Part shown: one piece after another, positions 17,813 to 27,316 of the stretch
Position numbering within the stretch: position 1 is the first letter of the stretch
Layout: the number at the start of each line of letters is the position of its first letter
Source: a virus
DNA length: 34,441 nucleotides
UHGV virus genome: UHGV-0156988
Reading direction: 5' to 3' (one strand)
Made by a program: the position numbers and the translations under genes
Notes under the pieces: generated by a model
Told to the model about the DNA's origin: nothing
What the model saw: only the letters and a program-made list of their open reading frames with translations
Databases searched by the model: none

Positions 17813-18508
17813 ATGAATTTATTTGAGCGTTTGCTGTATAGCCGTCTTTGCAATGAGCAACCAGTCGATGGTGGAGCAGCTCCGGCTGCGTCAGAACCGT
17901 CAGCGCCTGCAGGTGATAACCCTGCTCCAGTTGGTGATCCATCACAACAGGAAGGTGATAAGCCACAACCTGTTGCTGATGGCGATAAACCTGCTGATGA
18001 CAAAAAGCCTGAAAACGATAAGCAGGATGAAAAAAAGGACGGCGATAAACCAGATGGTGCGCCTGAGAAGTACGAGTTTCAGGCTGCCGAAGGCGTAGAG
18101 CTGGATACAGAAGCATTGAAGGAATTCGAGCCGGTGGCGCGAGAACTTAACCTGACCAACGAGCAAGCGCAAAAGCTGGTTGATGCTTATCCGAAGATTC
18201 TGGCAGGTGTTCAGCAGCGCCAGGCAGAAGCCTGGCAGAAAACAACCGAGCAGTGGGCTGCGGATGTAAAAGCTGACAAAGAAATCGGTGGCGACAAGTT
18301 GATTTCTAACCTTAGCGCCGCACAGCGTGCGCTTGACCAGTTCGGGACACCTGAACTCAAAGAATATCTGAACACCACCGGGCTGGGTAATCACCCTGAT
18401 CTGGTCAAAACGTTCGTGAAAATCGGAAAGGCGATGTCTGAAGATGGCATGGTCACCGGTGGTAATGAAGGCCAGCGTAGTGCGGCCGAAGTGCTCTATG
18501 GCAAATAA
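17813..18508 (+). CDS. Scaffolding protein candidate
   Basis: About 231 aa, acidic and Pro/Lys/Asp-rich N-terminus, helical C-terminus; between portal and capsid genes; SD CAGGAG. Confidence 0.5.
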   Translation: MNLFERLLYSRLCNEQPVDGGAAPAASEPSAPAGDNPAPVGDPSQQEGDKPQPVADGDKPADDKKPENDKQDEKKDGDKPDGAPEKYEFQAAEGVELDTEALKEFEPVARELNLTNEQAQKLVDAYPKILAGVQQRQAEAWQKTTEQWAADVKADKEIGGDKLISNLSAAQRALDQFGTPELKEYLNTTGLGNHPDLVKTFVKIGKAMSEDGMVTGGNEGQRSAAEVLYGK

Positions 18509-18516
18509 GAGAGGAA

Positions 18517-19509
18517 ATGACAATGGCTGTTAAAGGCTTAACTGCGCTAACGCTGGCTGACTGGGGTAAGCGCGTCGATCCAAACGGGAAAGTCGATAAG
18601 ATTATCGAGCTTCTCGGTCAAACTAACCCGATCCTTCAGGATATGCCTTTTGTCGAAGGGAACCTTCCTACCGGACACCGAACCACCATTCGTTCTGGTT
18701 TACCTTCAGCTACCTGGCGTTTGCTGAACTATGGCGTACAGCCAAGCAAATCAACCACAGTGCAGGTAACCGATTCCGTTGGCATGCTGGAAACCTATGC
18801 TGAAGTCGATAAATCACTGGCTGATCTGAACGGCAATACCGCTGAATTCCGCCTGTCTGAAGACCGCGCATTTATTGAAGCGATGAATCAGCAGATGGCG
18901 CAGACGCTGTTTTATGGTGATTCCAGCGTTAACCCTCAGCAGTTTATGGGACTGTCCTCCCGCTATTCCAGCCTGTCTGCGGGTAATGCTCAGAACATCA
19001 TTGATGCTGGTGGCACGGGTACAGATAACACCTCAATCTGGTTAGTGGTGTGGGGCGAAAACACCGTGCATGGCATCTTCCCGAAAGGGAAGAAGGCTGG
19101 CATCCAGATGGAAGATAAAGGCCAGGTGACACTGGAAGATGCTAATGGCGGCAAGTACGAAGGCTATCGCACCCATTACAAATGGGACAACGGACTTGCT
19201 CTGCGTGACTGGCGTTATGTTGTTCGCATTGCAAACATCGATGTCAGCAATCTTTCAGAACCTTCCTCTGCCGCAAATATTGCGAAGTTGATGGTTAAAG
19301 CACTGCATCGCATTCCAAACCGTGGAATGGGTCGCCCGGTGTTCTACATGAACCGCACTGTATGCCAGGCTCTTGATCTGCAATCTCTGGAGAAAACATC
19401 TCTGGCGATCAGCGTAAAAGAGACAGAAGGCGAGTGGTGGACTTCATTCCGTGGTGTACCAATCCGTGAAACTGATGCGCTTCTGGAAACAGAAGCCCGT
19501 GTGGTGTAA
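18517..19509 (+). CDS. Major capsid protein
   Basis: 330 aa after scaffold-like gene, SD GAGAGGAA; followed by stem-loop and strong terminator downstream. Confidence 0.65.
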   Translation: MTMAVKGLTALTLADWGKRVDPNGKVDKIIELLGQTNPILQDMPFVEGNLPTGHRTTIRSGLPSATWRLLNYGVQPSKSTTVQVTDSVGMLETYAEVDKSLADLNGNTAEFRLSEDRAFIEAMNQQMAQTLFYGDSSVNPQQFMGLSSRYSSLSAGNAQNIIDAGGTGTDNTSIWLVVWGENTVHGIFPKGKKAGIQMEDKGQVTLEDANGGKYEGYRTHYKWDNGLALRDWRYVVRIANIDVSNLSEPSSAANIAKLMVKALHRIPNRGMGRPVFYMNRTVCQALDLQSLEKTSLAISVKETEGEWWTSFRGVPIRETDALLETEARVV

Positions 19510-19560
19510 CGCCTGTTATTAACCAGTGGGTCTGTTACGACCCACTAATGGAGAAAGAAG

Positions 19561-19998
19561 ATGATCACCGACAAACTGTTGATGTTCTCCGAAGCACAGG
19601 CGGTAACTGATACCGCGGCTTCTACTGACGTAATCGATCTAGGTCCAATTGATGGAAATCGTCGCGATATCGGCGTGGGTTACCCGCTTGAGTTTTGGGC
19701 GCTGGTTAACGAAGCCGCCACGGCAAGTGGTGAGGCAACTGTAAACATCCAGTTGCAGACGAGTGAGAATAACAGCTCATGGTCCACTATTTATGATAGT
19801 GGCGCACTGGCAAAGGCTACCCTGACAGCAGGTAAACGAGTTGTTTCTGCAAAGGTGCCTGCCGGTGTTCAGCGATATCTGCGTGTTAACTACTCCGTCG
19901 CAACTGGCCCACTAACGGCCGGCAAATTCACTGCGGGTATTAGTCTGGATGTTGATGCCAATACACCGTACCCGATCCGCTCAAAAGTAACTGGTTAA
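19561..19998 (+). CDS. Hypothetical virion protein (possible capsid decoration protein)
   Basis: 145 aa, Thr/Ala/Gly-rich, directly after capsid gene with SD GGAGAAAG. Confidence 0.45.
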   Translation: MITDKLLMFSEAQAVTDTAASTDVIDLGPIDGNRRDIGVGYPLEFWALVNEAATASGEATVNIQLQTSENNSSWSTIYDSGALAKATLTAGKRVVSAKVPAGVQRYLRVNYSVATGPLTAGKFTAGISLDVDANTPYPIRSKVTG

Positions 19999-19999
19999 G

Positions 20000-20344
20000 G
20001 TGATTTCGATGTCAGGTGAGAAACCAAGATACCGCGTTCTGCGCCTCTCTCATATCCATAACACACTGTGGCCGGAGGGGGCAGAAATCGAATACGAAGG
20101 TGAGCCTGGTAGCGCACTGGAACCTGTTAACGATGCAGCCAGACAGGCAAAAGCAAAGGTAGCAGGAAAGGTGACTATGGCAGCAACCAGCACCAAAATC
20201 ATCAACGATGTGTCAGATGATGGTGAACTGGATAAGCTCCGTGAAGAGTACGAATTGCTCTTTAGCGAGAAGCCACACCATAACGCCAAAGCCGAAACGC
20301 TCCGCGAGAAGATCGCAGATAAGCGTAAAGAACTTGGCGTGTAA
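20000..20344 (+). CDS. Hypothetical protein
   Basis: 114 aa with charged helical C-terminus; followed by strong terminator. Confidence 0.45.
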   Translation: MISMSGEKPRYRVLRLSHIHNTLWPEGAEIEYEGEPGSALEPVNDAARQAKAKVAGKVTMAATSTKIINDVSDDGELDKLREEYELLFSEKPHHNAKAETLREKIADKRKELGV

Positions 20345-20360
20345 GCCTCGCGAATCAGAC

Positions 20361-20382
20361 AAGGGGCTTCGGCCCCTTTATT
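20361..20382 (+). terminator. Rho-independent terminator (UUCG tetraloop) after capsid gene block
   Basis: AAGGGGC-TTCG-GCCCCTT followed by TATT. Confidence 0.7.
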
Positions 20383-20394
20383 GCAGGAGTGTAT

Positions 20395-20718
20395 ATGGAA
20401 CTCGTAAACCTCAAAACCGGCACTGACAGCTACCAGGATGAGAGCGGAGAAACCAGAACTCGCGATGAATACCCGTGGGGGCTGTGCATCACTCTTAATA
20501 ACGACACATTGAATAAGCTGAAGGCGCAACCTCAGGGCGTCGGAACAGAAGTGATGATAACTGCAAAGGCTGTTATTCGAGGCCTGTCTGCCAGAGAAAC
20601 TGACGATGGTGTTAATCGCAGCGCCGATCTGCAGATCACTGATATGGCGATCGCTCCTGTTTCCGGGGATGTAGAAAAATCAGCGGCTGAAACTCTGTAC
20701 GGTAACGGAGGTGAGTGA
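20395..20718 (+). CDS. Hypothetical protein
   Basis: 107 aa; SD AGGAG 5 nt upstream of ATG 20395. Confidence 0.45.
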   Translation: MELVNLKTGTDSYQDESGETRTRDEYPWGLCITLNNDTLNKLKAQPQGVGTEVMITAKAVIRGLSARETDDGVNRSADLQITDMAIAPVSGDVEKSAAETLYGNGGE

Positions 20719-21323
20719 TGGCCTCTGTAGTAGAGATCTGTAATCGTGCGCTGTCCAATATTGGCAATAGTCGCAGCATTAACAGCCTGACGGAAGCCAG
20801 CAAGGAAGCGGGGGAATGTTCGCTGCACTTTGAGGCCTGCCGTGATGCTGTGCTTTCTGATTTTGACTGGAACTTTGCTACCAAACGCGTGGCGCTTGCA
20901 GATACGAGCAATCCACCGCCTGACTGGGAATATGCGTACCAGTACCCGTCAGATTGTCTGCGCATTACTGAAATTATGCTTCCTGGTGTGCGCAATCCAA
21001 CAGCAGCAATGCGCGTTCAGTACGAAGTTGGTGCAGACACCGACGGAACAGGGAAGTTGATCTACACAGACCAGCCGCAGGCATGGCTCAAGTATGTCTC
21101 TCGCGTTTCAGATGTGAACATGTTTGATGCCATTTTTATGGAGGCGTTGGCCTGGCGTCTTGCGGCAGCTATTAACATGGCGCTGACTGGGAATGCAGAC
21201 CTCGGTACGTTTGCCCTCAATATGTACAATCGCGTGATTCTTAGTGCTGGCTCGCATAGCCAGAATGAATCACAGGAACCACAGCCACCGGTTGATGAGT
21301 TTACCATTGCGAGGTTGTCCTGA
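20718..21323 (+). CDS. Tail tubular protein A candidate (T7 gp11-like position and size)
   Basis: 201 aa versus about 196 aa for T7 gp11; SD GGAGGTGAG; 1-nt stop/start overlaps on both sides. Confidence 0.45.
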   Translation: MASVVEICNRALSNIGNSRSINSLTEASKEAGECSLHFEACRDAVLSDFDWNFATKRVALADTSNPPPDWEYAYQYPSDCLRITEIMLPGVRNPTAAMRVQYEVGADTDGTGKLIYTDQPQAWLKYVSRVSDVNMFDAIFMEALAWRLAAAINMALTGNADLGTFALNMYNRVILSAGSHSQNESQEPQPPVDEFTIARLS

Positions 21324-23794
21324 TGGCTATCAGTTGGATCCAGCCCAGCTTTGCCGGTGGTGAGATTGGGCCGTCGTTGTACGGACGTATCGACATGGCG
21401 AAGTACCAGGTGGCATTGCGCAAGTGCGATAACTTTATCGTGCGGCAGTATGGCGGCGTTGAGAATCGACCTGGTACGCGTTTTGTCGGTGCCGCCAAAT
21501 ACCCAAATCGGAAATGCCGCCTGATCCCGTTCCAGTTCTCGACGGTTCAGACTTATGCTCTGGAGTTCGGACACCAGTACATGCGTGTTATCAAAGATGG
21601 TGCGTTGGTGCTGAACAGCAGTAATGTTATTTATGAAATTGCCACGCCATATACTGAAGCCGATCTGTTCCTAATTAAATTCACGCAAAGCGCAGACGTG
21701 CTTACGCTGGTTCATCCGGCATACCCGCCGAAAGAGTTGCGACGTTATGCGCATGACAACTGGCAACTGGTTGATGTGGTAACGAAGAACGGGCCATTTG
21801 AAGATATCAATATTGACGAGTCAGTGACGGTTTATGCCAGCGCCAGCACCGGGACAATTACGTTAACGGCAAGCGCCTCTATTTTTGGCGCGGAGCAGGT
21901 AGGCAAATTGTTCTATCTGGAACAGCCAGCAGTGGATTCAGTACCGGTATGGGAAACCAGTAAGAGTACGTCGATTGGCGATATTCGCCGTGCAGGCAGT
22001 AACTACTATCGCGCCGTTACAGCAGGCAAAACAGGTACTTTGCGCCCTTCGCATACAGAAGGCACATCATGGGATGGCTGGGGCGGATCCAGTGATGATG
22101 ATACTGGCATTGAGTGGGAATATCTGCACAGTGGTTTTGGCATTGCCCGTATCACTGCTGCAAATGGCACTACTGCAACTGCCGAGGTGATTTCCTATAT
22201 CCCTTCGCAGGTCGTTGGCGAGGATAATGCCAGCTATAAATGGGCTAAATATGCCTGGAACAGTGTTAATGGTTATCCTGGCACTGTTGTTTATTATCAA
22301 CAACGTCTTTACTTCGCCGCATCGACAGCGTTCCCTCAGACTATCTGGGCCAGCCGTACTGGGGATTATAAGGATTTTGGCAAAAGCAATCCTACGCAGG
22401 ATGACGACAGAATTATCTACACCTATGCCGGGCGTCAGGTTAATGAGATCCGCCACCTGATTGATGTCGGTTCGCTGGTGGCACTGACTTCCGGAGGTGA
22501 GTACGTCATCACCGGTGACCAGAACAAAGTGTTAACCCCATCATCATTTGCATTCAGCTCTCAGGGATCAAATGGCTCAAGCAACGTCCCACCAATTGCT
22601 GTGGCGAATATTGCTCTGTTCGTCCAGGAGAAAGGCAGTGTTGTCCGTGATCTGGCCTACTCATTCGATGTTGATGGCTATCAGGGGAACGACCTGACCA
22701 TCCTTGCCAATCATCTTTTTCAGAAGCACAGCATTGTTGACTGGTGCTTCTCGATTGTCCCTTACTCCAGCGCCTTCTGCATTCGTGATGACGGTAAATT
22801 ACTGGTGATGACCTATTTGCGTGATCAACAGGTTTTTGCATGGGCACCACAGTCCAGTACCGGAAAATATGAAAGCACGTGCAGTATCAGCGAAGGCAAT
22901 GAAGATGCGGTGTATTTCGTCGTTAACCGAACCGTTAACGGGCAAACAGTGAGATACATCGAGAGACTGTCCAGCCGTTTATTTACCAGCGATGAAGATG
23001 CTTTCTTTGTTGATTCTGGCCTTAGCTATGATGGAAGAAATACGTCTGACAGAACGATGACCATCACTGGTGGTTCTGGTGAATGGGATTACCGTGCGGA
23101 ATATACAATCAGTGTTTCTGGTGGTGCGTACTTCACCAGTAGTGATGTCGGCGCGCAACTACAGTTCCCTTATACCGGAACTGATCCTGGTACTGGCGAT
23201 GAAGTGTCAAAAGAATTACGTTGCGACATTATTTCTGTAACCAGCAATACCGCTGTAGTGGTTCGTGCTAACAGGAACGTCCCGCCATCCCTCAGGAATG
23301 TGGCCACCACGAACTGGCAGATGGCGCGCCGGACATTTGGAGGCCTGTCTCATCTTGAAGGGCAGACCGTAAACATTCTCTCTGATGCGAACGTGGAACC
23401 ACAGAAAGTGGTTTCCGGAGGTGCCGTCACGCTGGAATCTCCGGGGGCTGTAGTGCACATCGGCCTGCCAATAACTGCCGAATTCGAAACACTGGATATC
23501 AACATTAACGGACAGGAAACGCTGCTGGACAAAAAACAGGTGATCCCGTCCGTTACTCTGGTTGTGAATGCCAGTCGCGGCATCTGGGCGACTACGCCCA
23601 GCGGTAAATGGTACGAATATCCACAGCGTGAATTCGAGTTCTACGATGATCCTGTTGATGACGCTACCGGAAAAGTAGAAGTGAAACTGGACAGTAACTG
23701 GGGCAAAAACGGACGTGTAAAAATCCGTCAGCTTGACCCGTTGCCGCTGTCTGTTCTTGCCGTTATTCCTCGCCTTACTGTTGGGGGATTCTGA
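21323..23794 (+). CDS. Tail tubular protein B candidate (T7 gp12-like position and size)
   Basis: 823 aa versus about 794 aa for T7 gp12; translationally coupled to flanking genes. Confidence 0.5.
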   Translation: MAISWIQPSFAGGEIGPSLYGRIDMAKYQVALRKCDNFIVRQYGGVENRPGTRFVGAAKYPNRKCRLIPFQFSTVQTYALEFGHQYMRVIKDGALVLNSSNVIYEIATPYTEADLFLIKFTQSADVLTLVHPAYPPKELRRYAHDNWQLVDVVTKNGPFEDINIDESVTVYASASTGTITLTASASIFGAEQVGKLFYLEQPAVDSVPVWETSKSTSIGDIRRAGSNYYRAVTAGKTGTLRPSHTEGTSWDGWGGSSDDDTGIEWEYLHSGFGIARITAANGTTATAEVISYIPSQVVGEDNASYKWAKYAWNSVNGYPGTVVYYQQRLYFAASTAFPQTIWASRTGDYKDFGKSNPTQDDDRIIYTYAGRQVNEIRHLIDVGSLVALTSGGEYVITGDQNKVLTPSSFAFSSQGSNGSSNVPPIAVANIALFVQEKGSVVRDLAYSFDVDGYQGNDLTILANHLFQKHSIVDWCFSIVPYSSAFCIRDDGKLLVMTYLRDQQVFAWAPQSSTGKYESTCSISEGNEDAVYFVVNRTVNGQTVRYIERLSSRLFTSDEDAFFVDSGLSYDGRNTSDRTMTITGGSGEWDYRAEYTISVSGGAYFTSSDVGAQLQFPYTGTDPGTGDEVSKELRCDIISVTSNTAVVVRANRNVPPSLRNVATTNWQMARRTFGGLSHLEGQTVNILSDANVEPQKVVSGGAVTLESPGAVVHIGLPITAEFETLDININGQETLLDKKQVIPSVTLVVNASRGIWATTPSGKWYEYPQREFEFYDDPVDDATGKVEVKLDSNWGKNGRVKIRQLDPLPLSVLAVIPRLTVGGF

Positions 23795-24258
23795 TGATCG
23801 ATGTTCGAATTATTCCCGCTACCGAAGAGCATCTTCAGATGATTTTGCCGGATGTTCGTCAGGCTGATATTGACGAACTGTATGCGGTATCACTGATGAC
23901 TACCGAAGATGCGCTGCGTGTTGGTCTGCGTACTGCGACTATGGCCTGGTCAGGGTTCGCGAACGGAGAACTGGTAACCATGTTTGGCGTATCTCCGGCG
24001 TCAATGATCGGTGGCAATGGTACGCCCTGGCTGGTCGGAACCAGCCGTATTGAAAAATATCAGAAGACATTTCTGCGCCACTGCCGCCCTGTATTGCAGC
24101 AGATGCTGGCAGTTTATCCGCACCTGGAAAACTACGTCGACGAGCGAAACCATGTTGCCAAAGCATGGCTGCACTGGCTTGGATTCAGGCTTGAAGAAGC
24201 CGCGCCTTATGGTGCTCTTGGTCTTAATTTCCACAGATTTCACATGGAGAGAAAATAA
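23794..24258 (+). CDS. Internal virion protein candidate (gp13-like position)
   Basis: 154 aa; TGATG overlap with upstream gene. Confidence 0.4.
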   Translation: MIDVRIIPATEEHLQMILPDVRQADIDELYAVSLMTTEDALRVGLRTATMAWSGFANGELVTMFGVSPASMIGGNGTPWLVGTSRIEKYQKTFLRHCRPVLQQMLAVYPHLENYVDERNHVAKAWLHWLGFRLEEAAPYGALGLNFHRFHMERK

Positions 24259-24803
24259 TGTGCGATCCGGTTATTGCTGGTGGCGCAATGCTCGCCATGA
24301 GTGGCATTCAGGCATACACCCAGTACCAACAGGGAAAGTATGCCTCGAAGGTTGCAGAAGCGAACGCAGATATAGCCACTGCTCAGGCAAATGATGCAAT
24401 AAACAGAGGTAACGCTGAAGCTGAGCAACGGCGCAGAGAGCTCCGACAGCGGCTTGGTACACAGGCGGCGACAATGGGGGCGACCGGCGCTGATTTATCT
24501 ACCGGTAACGCGCTGGATATATTTGGCGACACTGCCCAGTTTGGCGCCCTTGATTCGCTGACGACGGTGAATAACGCGCAACGCGAGGCTTACGGTTATC
24601 AGGTTCAGGCTGCCAATTATAAAGCAGAAGCCAGTTCAGCCCGTAAACAGGGGAATGTGGGAGCAGCAACAACATTGCTCACTGCTCCTCTGAAGGCATA
24701 CGGTGCGTACCAGATGTTTGGTGGGACGTGGAGTCCGTTTACTCAAAGCACTCCTGCGCCAATCGGGGCAGCAGCAGGAACCAGATTACCCGGAGGATTA
24801 TAA
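24258..24803 (+). CDS. Internal virion protein B, T7 gp14-like
   Basis: 181 aa; N-terminus MCDPVIAGGAMLAMSGIQA resembles T7 gp14 N-terminus as recalled. Confidence 0.55.
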   Translation: MCDPVIAGGAMLAMSGIQAYTQYQQGKYASKVAEANADIATAQANDAINRGNAEAEQRRRELRQRLGTQAATMGATGADLSTGNALDIFGDTAQFGALDSLTTVNNAQREAYGYQVQAANYKAEASSARKQGNVGAATTLLTAPLKAYGAYQMFGGTWSPFTQSTPAPIGAAAGTRLPGGL

Positions 24804-27316
24804 TGCCAGTCGTACCAACAGTATCCGGACGCCAGGTTGAGAGCCGTGGAGTTCAGTCAGCAGGCTTGCAGACGTTTTCTCAGCCAGGTATTGGTGATGC
24901 TTTTGTTCGGGCAGGGACAGAGGCAATTGATGTTTTAGGGCAGGCAAAACAGCGTGCCAATATCGCTCTGGCTCAGGATGCTTCTCTTAGCTTAAGCCAG
25001 ATAAGCAGCGATCTGCTGAATAACCCTGAAACAGGTTTGCTTAACCTGAAAGGGAAAAATGCTATTGGAAAAGGTCAGGAGTATACGCAGCAGTTTGATG
25101 CCCAGGTCGAGCAACTGGCTATGTCGCTGCCGGATGAACAAGCTCGTAATGCTTTCATGCAGCAGGCGCAGCAGCAGCGCATTCAGTTCACTACGCAGGC
25201 CGGGCGGCACGAGATAGGGCAAATAAATGCCTACGAAGAAGGCCAGTTTCAGGCGACGCTGCTGAACAATGGTAAAAATGCCGCAGCATTGTATGGCGAC
25301 AACGCCGCATACGTATTGGCTAATAAGCAAACTTTCCAGCAAATTGAGGATTATGGCATTGCGCATGGCTGGAGCGACGAGCAAATCCAGGCCAAGAAAA
25401 TCGAGTTTAAAGAGAAGGTTGCTGATGCCGCATTGTCCCAGTGGTCGGCAAACAATGCGACCGCATTCATCCAAAGTAATGGCGAGTTAAGTGATACTGC
25501 TGCTGGAGCTCGCCGTGCTGTAACAGATAGTGGCTCTTCCGAGCGTGTCCGTGGCATACGCAACAATAACCCCGGAAATCTCGAATACAGCAAAACTAAT
25601 CCGTGGGTAGGCCAGACCGGTGATGATGGTAGATTTGCTAAATTCGAAACACCTGAACACGGGATTCGTGCATTAGGGCGGAACCTGATGTCGTATCAGC
25701 GGCAGGGTATTGATACCGTCAGCGAGATAATTAATCGCTGGGCACCGCCTACTGATAAAAATGACACTATGTCGTATATCAAAGCAGTGTGCGAACAACT
25801 TGGCGTTTCTGCTGATGAGCCTCTCGATGCATCTAATCCTGATACCCTGAAGGCGCTTTGTGCAGCCATTATCCATCATGAGAACGGTAGCCAGCCATAC
25901 AGTGATCAGCAGTTAACTGCTGGTGTCAGTGCAGCACTTGGTTTATCAACAATTCCAACCAACACCAAACGCTATACCGGTAATGCAGCATTCGATGCGG
26001 CATCTCCTGAGGCGCAGGCAAGTTTTATGCGACAGGCGGATCAACTGCGTCGGCAGCAGCAGGCTGAATATAAAACGATGATTGACAGCCAGGTTCGCGA
26101 TGCGACAGCTGCGTATATGCGTGGCGTTGAATTTCCTAACCCACCTGGTGAGGCTGATTTTATTGCAGCTTATGGAGTCAGAGAAGGAAACCTGCGATAT
26201 ACCGAGTTCAGAAATACGCAAATCGCCGGACAGTATATAGGCTCTTTCCGCAACATGCCGACAAGCAGCATTACAGCATATGTTGAGCAATTACGCCCGG
26301 ATACTGGTGAGACAGGGGAGGGTTATGCGGCACGAGCCGCTCTTTATGACAACGTTGTGTCGGCTGCAAGTCAGGTGATAAAGCAGCGACAGGCTGATCC
26401 TGTACAGTTCTCTCTTGCCGCCGGACAGGCAAAGCCTATCGACATGAGCAATAAGGATAACTTTGGACAGAGCGTTGCCTTGCGTGCTACTCAGGTCAGT
26501 GACCTTGCTAAGTCATATGGCACTCCACTGACGTTCTTTTCCAAAGACGAGGCCAATCAGATCGGTGTTTTCTTTCGTGATGCGCCCGTTTCCCAACAGG
26601 CAGCATATCTCGATACCATCAGGCAGAGCACTGGTGGTGGGCAGGTGTATATGTCAGCACTACAGCAGATCAGTGCCAACGCTCCATCTGCTGCCGTTGC
26701 CGGGATACTGATGGATAAGCCAGGTGGTATTTTGGCAGAAAAAAACTGGTTTAATCCGGATGTTTCCGTGTCTCCTGAAACCGCTGCGCAGACAATTCTT
26801 GCTGGCGCGGCGGCTCGTAAAGGTACTGATGACGCGAAAGGTATTCCGATGCCTAAAGATGCTGATCTCCGCCTTGAGTTTTCTGACATGGTGAAGGATG
26901 CATTTGCTGGTGATGCTCAGGGGGCATCAATGGCATACGAGATCGCAAAGGACTATTACGCTGGTGTGATGGCGAAAAAAGGCGTGATATCAGGCGAAAT
27001 TGACACTGATATCTGGAAACAGGCTGTTAACGTAGCTACAGGTGGCGTGCATGACTATAACGGAATGGGGAATGTCCTTTTGCCGTGGGGAATGTCTGCA
27101 GAGCAATTCGATAAGCAGGTTAATCAGGCTTGGAATGAACAAGTTGTCGGCTCCGGGATAAAAACACCGCCTGGTCAGTATGGTTTGCAAAGTTACGGCG
27201 ATAGTCAGTACCTGGTGAAACTTGGTACTGGTTATCTGCTGAAAGATGATGGTTCTCCCGTTGTTCTTAATCTGACACAGAAACGTCAGAGATTCTCCGG
27301 AGATATTCCGCAATGA
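24803..27316 (+). CDS. Internal virion / ejection protein, gp15-like
   Basis: 837 aa from ATG 24803 (TAATG overlap); Gln/Ala-rich helical regions; embedded segment GIRNNNPGNLE...W.G at 25540-25900. Confidence 0.55.
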   Translation: MPVVPTVSGRQVESRGVQSAGLQTFSQPGIGDAFVRAGTEAIDVLGQAKQRANIALAQDASLSLSQISSDLLNNPETGLLNLKGKNAIGKGQEYTQQFDAQVEQLAMSLPDEQARNAFMQQAQQQRIQFTTQAGRHEIGQINAYEEGQFQATLLNNGKNAAALYGDNAAYVLANKQTFQQIEDYGIAHGWSDEQIQAKKIEFKEKVADAALSQWSANNATAFIQSNGELSDTAAGARRAVTDSGSSERVRGIRNNNPGNLEYSKTNPWVGQTGDDGRFAKFETPEHGIRALGRNLMSYQRQGIDTVSEIINRWAPPTDKNDTMSYIKAVCEQLGVSADEPLDASNPDTLKALCAAIIHHENGSQPYSDQQLTAGVSAALGLSTIPTNTKRYTGNAAFDAASPEAQASFMRQADQLRRQQQAEYKTMIDSQVRDATAAYMRGVEFPNPPGEADFIAAYGVREGNLRYTEFRNTQIAGQYIGSFRNMPTSSITAYVEQLRPDTGETGEGYAARAALYDNVVSAASQVIKQRQADPVQFSLAAGQAKPIDMSNKDNFGQSVALRATQVSDLAKSYGTPLTFFSKDEANQIGVFFRDAPVSQQAAYLDTIRQSTGGGQVYMSALQQISANAPSAAVAGILMDKPGGILAEKNWFNPDVSVSPETAAQTILAGAAARKGTDDAKGIPMPKDADLRLEFSDMVKDAFAGDAQGASMAYEIAKDYYAGVMAKKGVISGEIDTDIWKQAVNVATGGVHDYNGMGNVLLPWGMSAEQFDKQVNQAWNEQVVGSGIKTPPGQYGLQSYGDSQYLVKLGTGYLLKDDGSPVVLNLTQKRQRFSGDIPQ

